A DNA stretch of 64,000 nucleotides from Eledone cirrhosa (taxonomy: Eukaryota): positions 48,236,001-48,300,000 of the forward strand of contig OZ024748.1 of the NCBI GenBank assembly GCA_964016885.1, given 5' to 3'. Every line of letters starts with the position of its first letter. Within the stretch, counting starts at the first letter, position 1. Below, piece after piece: positions 1-11,837 of this stretch. A model generated the notes under the pieces. The model saw only the letters and a list, made by a program, of their open reading frames with translations, had not been told where the DNA came from and made no database searches. A program made the translations under genes and the position numbers.

Positions 1-196
1 AGGTGAGAGAGAGGTGAGAACGAAAGTCAACGAAAGAAAGAATAAAAAAGGTAAAGATGATGATGAGAATTAGAAGTTTTAATAGCTGGTAATTCTTGTG
101 TCAACAGCAAACTGACTTGATTGGTAAATTGTAGTTAAGGTAATTAACTTAGAAGAATGTTAGTGGAAGTGGTGGGAATGGTAGAGAGGAGGTCAT

Positions 197-750
197 GTGA
201 TCACAACTAACACCACCATCACCAACTCTACAACTACCACTACTAAATTCACCAACTCTACAACTACTACCACCAACACTACCACTACCAGCACCACCAA
301 CACTACTGCCACCACCACCAACACTACTGCCACCACCAACACTACCACCACCAACTCTACTACCAACACTACCACTACCAGCACCACCTCTACTACCACC
401 ACCACCTCTACTACCACCACCAACACTACAACCACCACCACCAACTCTACTGCCACCACCAACACTACCACCACCAACTCTACTACCACCACCACCACCT
501 CTACTACCACCACCACCTCTACTACCACCACCACCTCTACTACCACCACCAACACTACAACCACCACCACCACCTCTACTACCACCACCACCTCTACTAC
601 CACTACCAACACTACAACCACCACCACCAACTCTACTACCACCACCAACACTACAACCACCAACTCTACTACCACCACCAACACTACAACCACCACCACC
701 TCTACTACCACCACCAACACTACAACCACCACCACCAACTCTACTGCCAT
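197..750. repeat. (ACC/ACT)n-derived low-complexity repeat
   Basis: Degenerate trinucleotide units; explains the poly-Thr, poly-Val and Gly-Ser ORFs. Confidence 0.9.
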
Positions 751-989
751 CTAAATATGTGTGTGTGTGTGTGTGCGTATGTATGTGAATGTATGAGTGT
801 ATATTTGTGTGAATGTATGTATGTATGTGTGTATGTGTGTAAGTATGTATGTAAGTAAGAGTATAAGTGTGTGTGTGTATGGAGAAATAACTCCTAGTGG
901 AGCCCATACCCTCTCCAAGTCAGAATACAGTCCATTTCTTCCAGTGAAAGAGAGAGAAAGAGTTAGAAAGAGAAGGGGGAGATATAGAG

Positions 990-1100
990 GAATAATTGAC
1001 CCCAGTAGTAGACTGGTATTTTATTCATCGACCTCAAAAGCTGAAAATCAAAGTTGACCTTTGCAGGATTTGAACTGAGAAAGCAGAGAGCCAGAAATCA
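990..1100 (-). mobile_element. SINE family A fragment (tRNA-derived)
   Basis: Reverse complement matches the family A core (gttcaaatcc...ggtcaactttg...ggtcgat..aaataccagt) seen at 4461, 5569 and 20922. Confidence 0.7.
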
Positions 1101-1111
1101 CAAGATCTTGT

Positions 1112-1338
1112 TTAACCCTTTAGCATTCACATTATTTTATATATACTGTTATATTTTCATGGTAAAGGCTTTACCTCACATAATATCTCACATAATATCG
1201 AATCTATGAGATTTTGAAAGTATTTATTTTGAGAACAATACCTTAACATCAGTTTGAGCGACCAGTTACAGCCAGTTTCAACAGAAAGAGGTAGAGAATT
1301 CTGGTCGGTTTTGGCCGGTTTGAACATTAAAGGGTTAA
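1112..1338. mobile_element. piggyBac-like MITE, copy 1
   Basis: TTAA|CCCTTTAG...TAAAGGG|TTAA termini; homologous full-length copy at 27453-27679. Confidence 0.8.
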
Positions 1339-1864
1339 TAAAGTATTTCAGTTAATTCAAATGCTGAATTTTTTATTGAAAATATGCATTTTGCCTGTGA
1401 ATCCAGACTTTAGGGACACCCAGTACAGTAAATATAACAATGAAAATAGAGAAATATTTATACTTAGAGTAGACTAGATACCCAAATGCGTGTGTATGTA
1501 TTACTGCAGTGAAACTGTATCAATGACCAGCTAACAAACTATGTCACAAAAATGTTGACACCAAGAAGCAAATTATAACAGCTTGTGTGCTTGTTTCAAG
1601 GGAGAGGTGGAGGTGAAAGGAATGACTGAAAGGACTCTTTCATGCTGCAATTGTTTTATTTTCAACACACATGATCTCAGATCAATTCACTTGCCAGACT
1701 AGTAGCTACTCTGAAATATACCATATTATACAACCATATACATAACTGATCTGTTGGACTTTTAGAAAGCGCTGAGGAGATAAAATAAAGAGGGGTATTC
1801 TCATGCATGGAGATGCTATGAAATAGGGTGAAGACCCTTAAAGATGGGAATAGAAGTTGCCGTT

Positions 1865-1938
1865 GACCACTATGAGGGATTGAACCCTGTATCTCCCAGA
1901 TACTGGCTAGGTGCTTTGAACCATTAAGCCAAGGGACC
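1865..1938 (-). pseudogene. tRNA-like remnant / SINE head (Thr-AGT-like anticodon loop)
   Basis: Minus strand has A-box tggcttaatgg, arm cctag-ccagtat-ctggg and B-box ggttcaatccc; acceptor stem pairs poorly. Confidence 0.45.
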
Positions 1939-2144
1939 GAGACAATTCTTGCCGTCTTAAAGTAGACAGCTAAATCACAGCTTTCAAATGTTAACATATA
2001 TATACCCGATCCCTCACACTTTTACTGTTTTTAAGACAATAAAGTATACATCTAAAGTGTGCGACATTATGTTTTAAGAAAGAACTGGAAATAATTTACA
2101 ACTTTGCTCATGGCACCCTTAGCACTACTTTTGTCTTAGTAACC

Positions 2145-3232
2145 CACAGCTGTAAAGTCTCAACCACTGATGACCCCTACCACGACCACAGCTCTAAAGT
2201 GTCAGCCAATTGAACCACTGATGACCCCTACCACGACCACAGCTCTAAAGTGTCAGCCAATTGAACCACTGATGACCCCTACCACAACCACAGCTCTAAC
2301 GTGTCAGCCAATTGAACCACTGATTACCCCTACCATGACCACAGCTCTAAAGTCTCAGCCAATTGAACCACTGATTACCCCTACCACGACCACAGCTCTA
2401 AAGTCTCAGCCAATTGAACCACTGATTACCCCTACCATGACCACAGCTCTAAAGTGTCAGCCAATTGAACCACTGATTACCCCTACCACGACCACAGCTC
2501 TAACGTGTCAGCCAATTGAACCACTGATTACCCCTACCACGACCACAGCACTAAAGTGTCAGCCAATTGAACCACTAATTACCCCTACCACGACCACAGC
2601 TCTAAAGTCTCAGCCAATTGAACCACTGATTACCCCTACCACGACTACAGCTCTAAAGTGTCAGCCAATTGAACCACTGATTACCCCTACCACGACCACA
2701 GCTCTAACGTGTCAGCCAATTGAACCACTGATTACCCCTACCACGACCACAGCTCTAACGTGTCAGCCAATTGAACCACTGATTACCCCTACCACAACCA
2801 CAGCTCTAACGTGTCAGCCAATTGAACCACTGATTACCCCTACCATGACCACAGCTCTAAAGTGTCAGCCAATTGAACCACTGATTACCCCTACCACGAC
2901 CACAGCTCTAACGTGTCAGCCAATTGAACCACTGATTACCCCTACCATGACCACAGCTCTAAAGTGTCAGCCAATTGAACCACTGATTACCCCTACCACG
3001 ACTACAGCTCTAAAGTGTCAGCCAATTGAACCACTGATTACCCCTACCACAACCACAGCTCTAACGTGTCAGCCAATTGAACCACTGATTACCCCTACCA
3101 CGACCACAGCTCTAACGTGTCAGCCAATTGAACCACTGATTACCCCTACCACGACCACAGCTCTAAAGTGTCAGCCAATTGAACCACTGATTACCCCTAC
3201 CACGACCACAGCTCTAAAGGGTCAGCCAATTG
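2145..3232. repeat. 51-bp minisatellite, about 21 copies
   Basis: Unit accacagctctaaagtgtcagccaattgaaccactgattacccctaccacg; source of ORF 2170..3351. Confidence 0.95.
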
Positions 3233-3679
3233 CCAATTCAACCACAAAACTTATGATGTTGGATTGGCACTTACATAAGTGCCAATCCAACACTATACCC
3301 AATGTCCATTTGTCCAATGAACCAGCTACTCGAGACCATTCAGTTAACTAACTACTCATTAGTTAATGACCAAGTATGAATATAAAGTAGTTGGAGGAAT
3401 AAAAAGAGGTGGTGTGGTGTGGTGTTGCTGGTGGTATGGCATTGGTGGTGGTGTGGTGTTGGGAGTGGTGTTGTCTTGGGGGCAGTGTGGTGTGGTGTGG
3501 TGTGGTGTTGGTGGTGTGGAGATGGGGTGGGAGTGGAAGTTAGGACAGGGAATATAAAACCACAGAAGATCTCTACATCAAGTATATGTAAAATTTACGA
3601 GCTTCCTTTTATATAAACACATAATTTATTACTTAGGAACTGTCAAAATGCCGCCCAGCTACTATTCTAAAAACACACC

Positions 3680-3940
3680 ATACATACATACAAATCTAAA
3701 TTATATGCATATACATACATACATTATATACATATATTATATACATTATAAACATACATACACACACACACAAACATATACACACACATACATACATTAC
3801 ATACATTACATACATATATTACATACATTCTAAACAAGCAGACACACACACACATACATACATACATACATTCATACATACATACATTCATACATACATA
3901 CATACATACATACATACATACATACATACAAACACACATA
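3680..3940. repeat. (TACA)n/(CA)n microsatellite
   Basis: Direct inspection. Confidence 0.85.
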
Positions 3941-4231
3941 CAAGACATTGTTTGTGGAAGTTAAAGTAATAACCACAACATCAGCAACAACAACAAGAAA
4001 GGACAACATAAACAAGAAGAAAAAGTAAAGAAACTTGCAGAGATAACAACAACGTATCCAGCATCTCTTGCTATTTATATCATACTCTATCATACCATAT
4101 AGATTTTTGGTGGACAGTAAAGGAAGAGGGGGAAGGATGGGGAGATTAAATCATGGCTGGTGGTTTAGTGATTAGAGAATAACTGGACCAAGCACTGCAT
4201 TATGTCCTTTATTTCATGATGCTCTTTCTGC

Positions 4232-4366
4232 AAGGAGTTGCAATCAGTAGATAGTATCACCAATGGAAAGACTAATGGAAAGACCAATGGAAAGACTAAG
4301 GGAAAGACTAATGGAAACATTGTTTCCTTGGTCCCAGCTGATGAGTTCCACACCACTTGGTAAGCG
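4232..4366 (+). mobile_element. SINE family B 3' tail with an internal 12-bp tandem expansion
   Basis: Homologous to 10995-11078 and 39211-39300; ggaaagac(c/t)aat repeated about 4-5 times. Confidence 0.65.
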
Positions 4367-4460
4367 CCACTACCACCACCACCACCTTCATCAACATCTT
4401 CACCATTAACACCACCACCAACATATTTTCATCATCAACTTCATCATGATCATCAACCAT

Positions 4461-4638
4461 TGGCAGTATCGGTGGAGGGTCGGACATGCTTTCCAGCACA
4501 GTTACGTCCCTTTACGATCTGAGTTCAAATCCTGCTGAGGTTAACTTTGCCTTTCATCCTTACGGGGTCGATAAAATAAAGTACCAGTAATACACTGGGA
4601 TAATTGCTGGCCTTGTGCCTAAAATAGAAACAATTATT
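4461..4638 (+). mobile_element. SINE family A (tRNA head plus conserved central core)
   Basis: B-box gagttcaaatcc, core gcctttcatccttacggggtcgataaaataaagtaccag, end gtgcctaaaatagaaacaatt; more than 8 copies in the window. Confidence 0.85.
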
Positions 4639-4653
4639 GTAATTGAACAGAAA

Positions 4654-4685
<32 letters not shown>

Positions 4686-4999
4686 CGACAAGATCAGTCT
4701 TTCCCTCCAAGAACATTTACCACTGCCCCCATGTGTTTTTCTTGCAATTGTTCAATATGACCATCAACCACTTGACCTATTATCAGTCATAGAGTGCCTG
4801 TGAAAGCTATGGGCACTGTCCCTCTCTTCAGATCAAACCACACACAAAAACAAAAATATTGGTTACAGCTTCCAAACAAATGGATTATTACCAATCTGAC
4901 AAGAACTGTTGTATACTGTTTGATTTATCACTCATCTATCTACTTAATGCTACAGAAACTGGAGATAAGCACCAACATAACTAGTATTATTATGTGGTT

Positions 5000-5408
5000 A
5001 ATGATTAACTTTTTCAAATTTCATTTGAAAAGGAAAATCAGGGTAGAGAGGGAAGTGCTCTCTTCCCAGCATTTTGTTGAAAGATGGGTGAGAGAAGCAA
5101 GTATGGCCCGAATGAATGGGCCTTCTCTGAGTATGTGTCTGTAAATTAAAGGTGGAAAACTGGGAGAGGGCACTTGCCCTGGTGGTCAGGGTCACTGTGG
5201 TCTTTTAATGGGCTTTCTCCACAAATGTCCCTCGGAAGTCTCCCTCCTATTGGGGAATTTTTCTTTGTTATTTTATTACATCCTTTGTTTTTTACATGCA
5301 GAAATGCCCATTTGTACCGTCCTGTATTGTCCTGTACTGTCCTTAATGTCTACTTTATGTAAACCCTTGTGGTTAATAAAGAAAACATTATGTGGTTAAT
5401 AAAGAAAG

Positions 5409-5440
<32 letters not shown>
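5000..5440 (+). mobile_element. Probable L1/Tx1-like LINE 3' end with (ATT)n tail
   Basis: ORF end FFKFHLKRKIRVERE...FVERW...*, T-rich 3'UTR, duplicated gtggttaataaagaaa, then (ATT)n; clade assignment is from recall. Confidence 0.45.
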
Positions 5441-5441
<1 letters not shown>

Positions 5442-6057
5442 CATTTCCGTAATTATTTTTATTGTGCATCATTACTACTTCACTGAGCACAGCTCGATGT
5501 GTCTTGGGTATGTGCAGTATAGTTTTTTGCTGATGTTGTTTCTATTGTATTGATAGTACTCTTCATAACTGTTTCTACTTTAGGCACAAGGCCAGCAATT
5601 ACCCAGTGCATTACTGGTACTTTTATTTTATCAACCCCGTAAGGATGAAAGGCAAAGTCAACCTCGGCGGGATTTGAACTCAGATCGTAAAGGGACTATG
5701 CTGGAAAGCATGGCGTCCGACCCTCTACCGATACTGCCAATCCACTGCCCTTGGTACTCTTCATAATGTGTGTGCAGTGCATAGAAATGCTATCTTTTGT
5801 ATACTCTATATATTTGTAAGTCCTGGGGTTTGGGTTACGTATTTGTCTGTGTGTTGTTTTATCATTTCCAGAAAACCTATTTTTATAGGTATTGTTTCTG
5901 TTTTCATTTTTCACATTTGAGTTATTTCTATCTCTAGATATTTATATTTGGAGAGTTTCTCTATTTCCTTGGAAGATATATATTGTCATCTGTGGGAATA
6001 GATACATCTATTAGAAGGCAGTTTTTTCTTTGACGTCTTTGACTATAATATCTGACA
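5410..6057 (-). mobile_element. R4/Dong-like non-LTR retrotransposon 3' end (restriction-like endonuclease), decayed and SINE-interrupted
   Basis: Manual minus-strand translation SDIIVKD..CLLIDVSIPTDDNI..KEIEKLSKYKYLEIEITQM*KMKTETIPIKIG...IQKIAFLCTAHTL*RVLSIQ* fits the (P)D..D..K-x-x-KY endonuclease tail; (AAT)n tail. Confidence 0.75.
5569..5750 (-). mobile_element. SINE family A, full length with TSD
   Basis: TSD gtactcttcataa at 5556-5568 and 5754-5766. Confidence 0.9.
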
Positions 6058-6205
6058 TTCTGGGTTTAAATGCCTCCGAGTTTAGCTTTGCCTTTCATCC
6101 TTACGGGGTTGATAAAATAAAATACCAGTAACGCACTGGGGTTGGTTTAGTCAACTTTCCTCTACCCCTAAATTGCTGGCCTTATACCTAAATCAGAACC
6201 ATTTT
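6058..6205 (+). mobile_element. SINE family A fragment
   Basis: Core gcctttcatccttacggggttgataaaataaaataccag. Confidence 0.75.
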
Positions 6206-6207
6206 TA

Positions 6208-6388
6208 TCACTGCTGCTGCTACTGCTACTGTTGCCACTACTACTATTGCTGTTGCTACTACTATTGCTGCCGTTACTACTATTGTTGCTGTTAGTGCTA
6301 CTGCTGTTAGTGCTACTATTGCTGCTGTTACTACTAGTGTTGCCACTACTACTATTGCTGCTGCTACTACTATCATTATTGTTATCAA
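6208..6388. repeat. (CTG/CTA/TTG)n trinucleotide repeat
   Basis: Direct inspection. Confidence 0.85.
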
Positions 6389-6394
6389 TACTGT

Positions 6395-7240
6395 ACTTCA
6401 GCCCAATTGCCTGAGACTGGTTGGCTTCTCTCTTCACAGTCATCCACTCAACTGGAGTTATCCCTGAAACCCGGTAAACCTGCAGACAATCCAGCAAGCT
6501 ACCGGCCAATTTCTCTCCTCTGTACCTCTTATAAAACTATTTGAACAGCTCCTCTTGGTTAGGTTTGGCCCTTTAGTAGAACCAACCCTGCCTAAGGAGC
6601 AAGCAGGTTCTTCAGACCACAAAGGAGTTGCACTGATCAAGTCTTCACCCTCACTATCTTCATCGGGGCTGGCTACCAACAAGGTTTCAAAACAGGGGCT
6701 GCTCTGGTCGACCTCTCTTCTGCATACAATACTATATGGGGATGCGGCCTCCTTCTGAAGACCTGTCATACCATTAAATGCCATCCTTCCCTCTATACTC
6801 AGTAACAGAAGATTCAGAGTGTCACGAGAAGGCCAACCAGAACCCTGAATGATGGCCTTTCTCAAAGTTCCGTCCTGGCACCAATACTCTTTAACATCTG
6901 CCCAGGGCAACTTTGAGGAAATTTGCATATGCAGATAACTTTGCTTGGCTACCCAATCTACTGACTTTAACAAACTCAACTTTACACTCACAGAAGACCT
7001 GAAGAAGACAAAGGACTACTACTCTTACTGGCGCCTTCGGCCTGACCCAAGGAAGACCACTGTGACAGCCTTCCATCTCAGCACCAGACAAGCTAGGATG
7101 GAACTCAAGGTCTCCTTCTGTGGTAGACCTGTCAAGAATGACCCACACTCCAAATATCTTGGTGTAACATTGGATCACAGCCTGAACTACCGAGGGCATC
7201 TAAAGCGGGTTTCTAAAAAGTTCAAGACCAGGATTAGCCT
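6395..7240 (+). mobile_element. Vingi/Ingi-like LINE reverse transcriptase fragment (frameshifted)
   Basis: Motifs YRPISLL, PKEQAG, AYADN, WRLRPDPRKT, FHL, KYLGVTLDHSLNY spread over several frames. Confidence 0.75.
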
Positions 7241-7530
7241 TCTCTCCTGCACACCACAACTTATCCCTCTTATACCCAGTTTCTTTCTCAACACGTCTAT
7301 GCTTGGTCGTTCACGCACATTGACATTGCACATCCAACAGAGCATACTTGCTTCATTTCTCTCCAGCCATCGCATATCTTCTGCAGTTGCTGCTCATGTC
7401 TCACTACCATGCAGCATCGCGCATCTCACACAGGCATCATATAACCATCCTTTCGTACGCAGGGAGAAACCTTTCTTTGTCAACAGAGGAAGCAGCTCCC
7501 TAAACTTCTTCCAACCCGTCCTTTTTCTAG
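7236..7530 (-). mobile_element. RTE LINE fragment (post-RT region)
   Basis: LERNEASMLCWMCNV...LRKKLGIRGI...QERRL; homologous to 19725-20525 and 36707-37235. Confidence 0.85.
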
Positions 7531-7650
7531 ATACATATATATATATATATATATATATGTTAAAATATTAAATTCACATACTTATATGTATACAGCTATG
7601 TCGGAGTGAAAACTTTAATTATATATATATAACTTTAATTATATATATAT

Positions 7651-7820
7651 ACTGTAAATGTGGTTGGTGTTAGGAAGGGCATCCAACTGTAGAAAACCTG
7701 CCAGACAGTCCTATGCGAGCAAGACAATCACTCTTGCCTCAAGTGGGACTACCCCCGTCCAAACCCATGCAAGCGTGGAACACGGACGTTAAACGTTGAT
7801 GATGATGATGATGATGATGA
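7651..7820 (+). mobile_element. RTE-type 3'UTR / SINE tail with (GAT)n
   Basis: tggttggtgttaggaagggcatcca...cccatgcaagcgtggaacacggacgttaaac(gat)n. Confidence 0.8.
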
Positions 7821-8029
7821 TATACTATAGTATAAGTTTGGTAGAAATATCCATACGTTAGAGCACTCAGTCCCTAGGAGGAGTTAAGTGTAATTAGATA
7901 CAACAGTGACATATACAGGTACTTTTGTTGGGTTATACACCCCAACTTATTCAGCATGTTATATAAAATAAAAATGGCTACCTCCACAGGTTGATTTGAG
8001 GTTTTTAGAAAATATGCAAGAATTCTTCA

Positions 8030-8400
8030 AGGGCAGGTAATTTCGAATTTAGTTATGCGTAAACAAAACTTTTAGATAATGAGTATCTATTCTGTCCAAG
8101 TGAGGTGAGGTCAAGTTCTTTTAGTCTGTTGACTACTTCTTGTGAGCTGTCTACGTGTCCAGAGAAAGTGTGAAGGAGAGGTTTGAGAGGTCCGGAGATA
8201 AGCCACATTTACAGTGTGGGCCTGGATGGCACCATTAGGAGGAGGGATATATGTAAAAGGTAAACAGAAATAACAACACAATCGGTACAGTATATGGAAG
8301 GAATATATTAGGTTAACGCTTGAAATAGCAGGAAGAGGGTCTTAACGTTTTGGACGCTAGTCCTTCATCAGAAGAAATAATGAGAAATAAGATAGATTGA
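8030..8400 (-). mobile_element. Penelope-like element remnant (pLTR plus RT-like fragment)
   Basis: Hammerhead motif at 8340-8375; flank homologous to 31360-31478; minus-strand LKPLLHTFSGHVDSSQEVVNRLKEL resembles the region upstream of the PLE RT motifs. Confidence 0.55.
8340..8375 (-). ncRNA. Minimal type I hammerhead ribozyme, family 1 (G12>A, probably inactive)
   Basis: tctt CTGATGA a ggac-tagc-gtcc aAAA cg tt aaga. Confidence 0.65.
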
Positions 8401-8914
8401 AGGGATGGGTGGGGTGGAATTGGAAAAGATGTTTTTAGAGAAAAATAATGCATATGCTGACTATATTTTCCTTTTCTAAAAAAGTATCACAATAAAAAAA
8501 AATAATAAATATAACAATGGATAACAAACTAAATAAACAAACAAAACATATTTTGACTTTCCCAGTTTTTGATAGAGTTGTCATAGTAACAAGTTTACAG
8601 CACAATATTTAGCTGCACCAAACATTGAAATTTGTTTATATAATTTCTAAACTTTCCTTTATGTGTATGTGATGTTATATGTATATGTATATGTGTATAC
8701 ATGTATATGTGTGTACATGTGTCTCTCCACATTTATTTGTGTGTGTGTGTGTGTATGTGAATATGAGATGTGTTTGTATGTGTGTGAGAGGTGTTTCTAG
8801 ATCTTTCTACAACAGCAACAACAACAAACATATAGGGGATATACAGAACCTATAGAGAGAGTGTTTCAATCACTCACTCTCTCTATATGTCTACCTGAAC
8901 ACACACACACATGG

Positions 8915-9030
8915 AGGGCTCATAGGGTGTTGGATAAAATGCTGTGTGACATATAGTTACGTCCCTTTACGTTCTGAGTTGAAATTCCACTGAAGTTAAC
9001 TCTGCCTTATCATTATGGGGTTTATCAAAT
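8915..9030 (+). mobile_element. SINE family A, decayed
   Basis: gttacgtccctttacgttctgagttgaaattcc matches the family A head. Confidence 0.6.
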
Positions 9031-9124
9031 AACATTAACAATTCAGTGATCTGAGCTGCTGAGTATTGACTACCTTTTGCCTTGGCCCAATTTACTAGTG
9101 ACAACAATGGAAACTTCCAATTAT

Positions 9125-9410
9125 TTAATGTTTAGTATTTGGTGCTTAACCATGGTCCCTATTAGTAATCAGGTGGTCTGAGTACTGACTACTCTTGGCC
9201 CATAAAAGGGGACGCTTTTTATGCATGTACTAGTGACAACAATGTTAATGATTCTAACATTTAACTGTTTAGTATTTGGTGCTTAACCATGGTCCCTATT
9301 AGTAATCAGGTGGTCTGAGTACTGACTACTCTTGGCCCATAAAAGGGGACGCTTTTTATGTATGTACTAGTGACAACAATGTTAATGATTCTAACATTTA
9401 ACTGTTTAGT
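9125..9410. repeat. 137-bp tandem duplication (2 near-identical copies plus a diverged partial copy upstream)
   Basis: tttagtatttggtgcttaacc at 9131 and 9268. Confidence 0.9.
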
Positions 9411-9489
9411 GTTCCCTGTTTAGGCCATTAAAGTTTAAATCTTTCCGAAGCCCAGAGGTTCAAACTGGAGCACATCCTTTCTTCATTGG

Positions 9490-9720
9490 CGTTAAGTGAC
9501 ACAGTGTACAAGACTCCCCACCAGGGCAGGACACCAGCCCATCACAGTGTTAACTCCCCAGCTACTGGTGATACTCATTTTCAGCTGAATGTACAGGAGT
9601 AACATGAAATGAAGTGTTTTTTGCTCAAGAATACAACATACATACAACCCTGTCCAGGAATTGAACCGATGACATTCTAATCGTAAGTTCAACACCCTAA
9701 CCTCAAGGCCATGCAGGTTC
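9490..9720 (-). mobile_element. SINE family B (tRNA head plus CORE-like body)
   Basis: Reverse complement matches 10586-10858. Confidence 0.75.
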
Positions 9721-10144
9721 ATTAGTGACACTGATGCTAATGAATGTAATACTAACATTTAGAGTTTGGTACTTCTAATTAATTCAGTCAGCTGTGAATG
9801 ACACTTTCTTGACAACACCCAAACAATAAACTTTTACTCAAATACATTTATACATCTTTTATAATGGATATTAACGTTTCCAAATAAAAGGAACTAATAC
9901 TCCCCTCCCCCCATGGTACCATGGTATATATAATTTGGTTTAGGAGTTTACTTTTTTAAAAATATTACATTTTTTTTGTTGTTTTTTTTTAAAGGAGATA
10001 AAAAAAAGAAAATTTTTTATTTTCATTTTCTGCCTTTATTCTGTAGTTTCATATCTGTTGACTCTTAAACAGCTATGTGTTGTATATGTGTATATATCTT
10101 GGGTGTGTGTGCGCGCGTGCACACACTTTTCCCTTCTTTCGTTT

Positions 10145-10179
<35 letters not shown>

Positions 10180-10585
10180 ATCTATATATAAACATATATA
10201 TACATACACACAGTATTTATTGCTAACTTCAACCTATATCTTACTGTCCTACCCCACCCTCCTCTCGGGTGGCTGGGGTAAGTATTAACCTAATGTCCTA
10301 ATGTCACCTAATAAATTATCTTTCTATATAACATTAATCTACACAAAAATGAGATAAGTAAGAACAATGATAAATAATCATTTTTTTTTTTGTTATGTTT
10401 TTGTTTTATTTCCATTTTTGGCCATATACAGTTAAGATAAGGAAGACACATTAAACATGAAACATTAATGCTTTCTATTACGCAAGAAACAGCATTTTGT
10501 TATTAACCCTTTCAACACCAACAGACACCGATTCCATGCTATAAAATCTCTCTCATTTTACATTGACTACATTCAAAGTAATGTA

Positions 10586-10858
10586 GAGGCATGTGGCCTA
10601 GTATTTAGGGAGTTGGACTTGCAATCATAATATCATGGGTTCAATTCCTGGACGGGGTTGTGTGTTGTGTTGTGTTCTTGAGCAAAACACTTCATTTCAC
10701 ATTGCTCCAGTATACTCAGCTGAAAATGAGTGCCAGCAATAGCTGGGGGGGGGGGGTTAGCCTCGCGATGGACTGGTGCCTGTACTTTCAGTTGCTTCAC
10801 ATCATGGAAACCAGGATAATCACTGGCCTGATGAGCTTGAGACAGACTTTAGACTTTA
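10586..10858 (+). mobile_element. SINE family B
   Basis: A-box tggcctagtatt, B-box ggttcaattcc, body cttgagcaaaacacttcatttcacattgctcc. Confidence 0.85.
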
Positions 10859-10870
10859 TATATTCAAAGT

Positions 10871-11078
10871 GAAGCCATATGGCTTAGTGGTTAGGGAGTT
10901 AGATTCACAATCATGAGGTTGTGAGTTCAATTCCCAGGCCGGGTGATGTGTTGTGTCCTTGAGCAAGACGCTTTATTTCACAATGCTCTTTCTGCCAGGA
11001 GTTGTGACCTGTAGACTAATGGAAACATTCTTTCCAATTCTGTACAATCTGATGAGTTCCACCTCACTCGGTAAGCCA
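10871..11078 (+). mobile_element. SINE family B with alternative 3' tail
   Basis: Same head as 10586, tail shared with 4232, 17365, 34562 and 39211. Confidence 0.8.
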
Positions 11079-11124
11079 ATGAGGTCTAGGATCTTGTCAA
11101 TTTGGATCAATATATATTCAAACC

Positions 11125-11460
11125 ATAAAAACCCTTCAATCTACTCAAGGCCATTAAAAACCCCTTATTCACTCAAAGATATTAAAACCACCTCATCAAC
11201 TGGGCCCATTAGAAACCCCTCATCCACTCAGGTTATTAAAACCGACTTGTTCACTCAGGTCATTAAAACCTCTCATCCACTCAGGCCATTAAAAAACCCT
11301 GATTCACTCAGGCCATTAACAAAAACACCTCATCCATTCAGGCCATTAAAAACACACCATCCACACAGGTCATTAAAAACACCTCTTACACACAGGCCAT
11401 TAAAACACTTCATATGCACAGGCCATTAAAAACATACTCAGAGGCCATTAAAAATACCCC
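11125..11460. repeat. Degenerate ~30-bp tandem repeat
   Basis: Recurring caggccattaaaaac..c..atccact. Confidence 0.8.
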
Positions 11461-11654
11461 ACTATCATAACCCTTTTGATAATAGTATGCCTAAAACCAA
11501 GCCTACTTCTACAATACAAAGCTATTTATTTTTAAGTGTTAATATTTATCTAAAAACCTTCCTTCATAATTTTATATAAGAACCTTTGTTAAGTTATATT
11601 CAAGCACTAATTTAATTTGATAATGGGAAGATTAGCTATTTACAAAATCTGTCC

Positions 11655-11800
11655 AAAAGACCACATGTAATGTATCTACTGAACCTACATGTCAAATGAC
11701 TACATGTACTGTATCTACTGAACCTACATGTCAAAAGACTACATGTACTGTGTCTACTGAACCTACATGTCAAAAGACCACATTATCTACTGGACCTACA
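11655..11800. repeat. ~39-bp tandem repeat, 3-4 copies
   Basis: atctactgaacctacatgtcaaaagactacatgtactgt. Confidence 0.8.
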
Positions 11801-11837
11801 AAAAATCATTCCAAATATATGGTAAATTGTAAATGCT

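Noticed and set aside
1720-1790. ctgatct...gaaagcgct..aataaag as a hammerhead (similar motif in the 37.3-kb arms)
   Set aside because: Core reads CTGATCT rather than CTGANGA and no stem II forms
2170-3351. 17-aa repeat protein (ITPTTTTALKCQPIEPL)
   Set aside because: A 51-bp unit is a multiple of 3 by chance; no signal peptide, domain or splice evidence
4310-4352. ggaaac...gtc...ctgatgag as a permuted hammerhead in SINE tail 2 (also at ~11049)
   Set aside because: Stems I and II cannot form in register, and younger copies read tttgacgaa at this position
10586-10660. Functional tRNA genes at SINE heads
   Set aside because: A and B boxes are present but cloverleaves are broken and each runs into a SINE body
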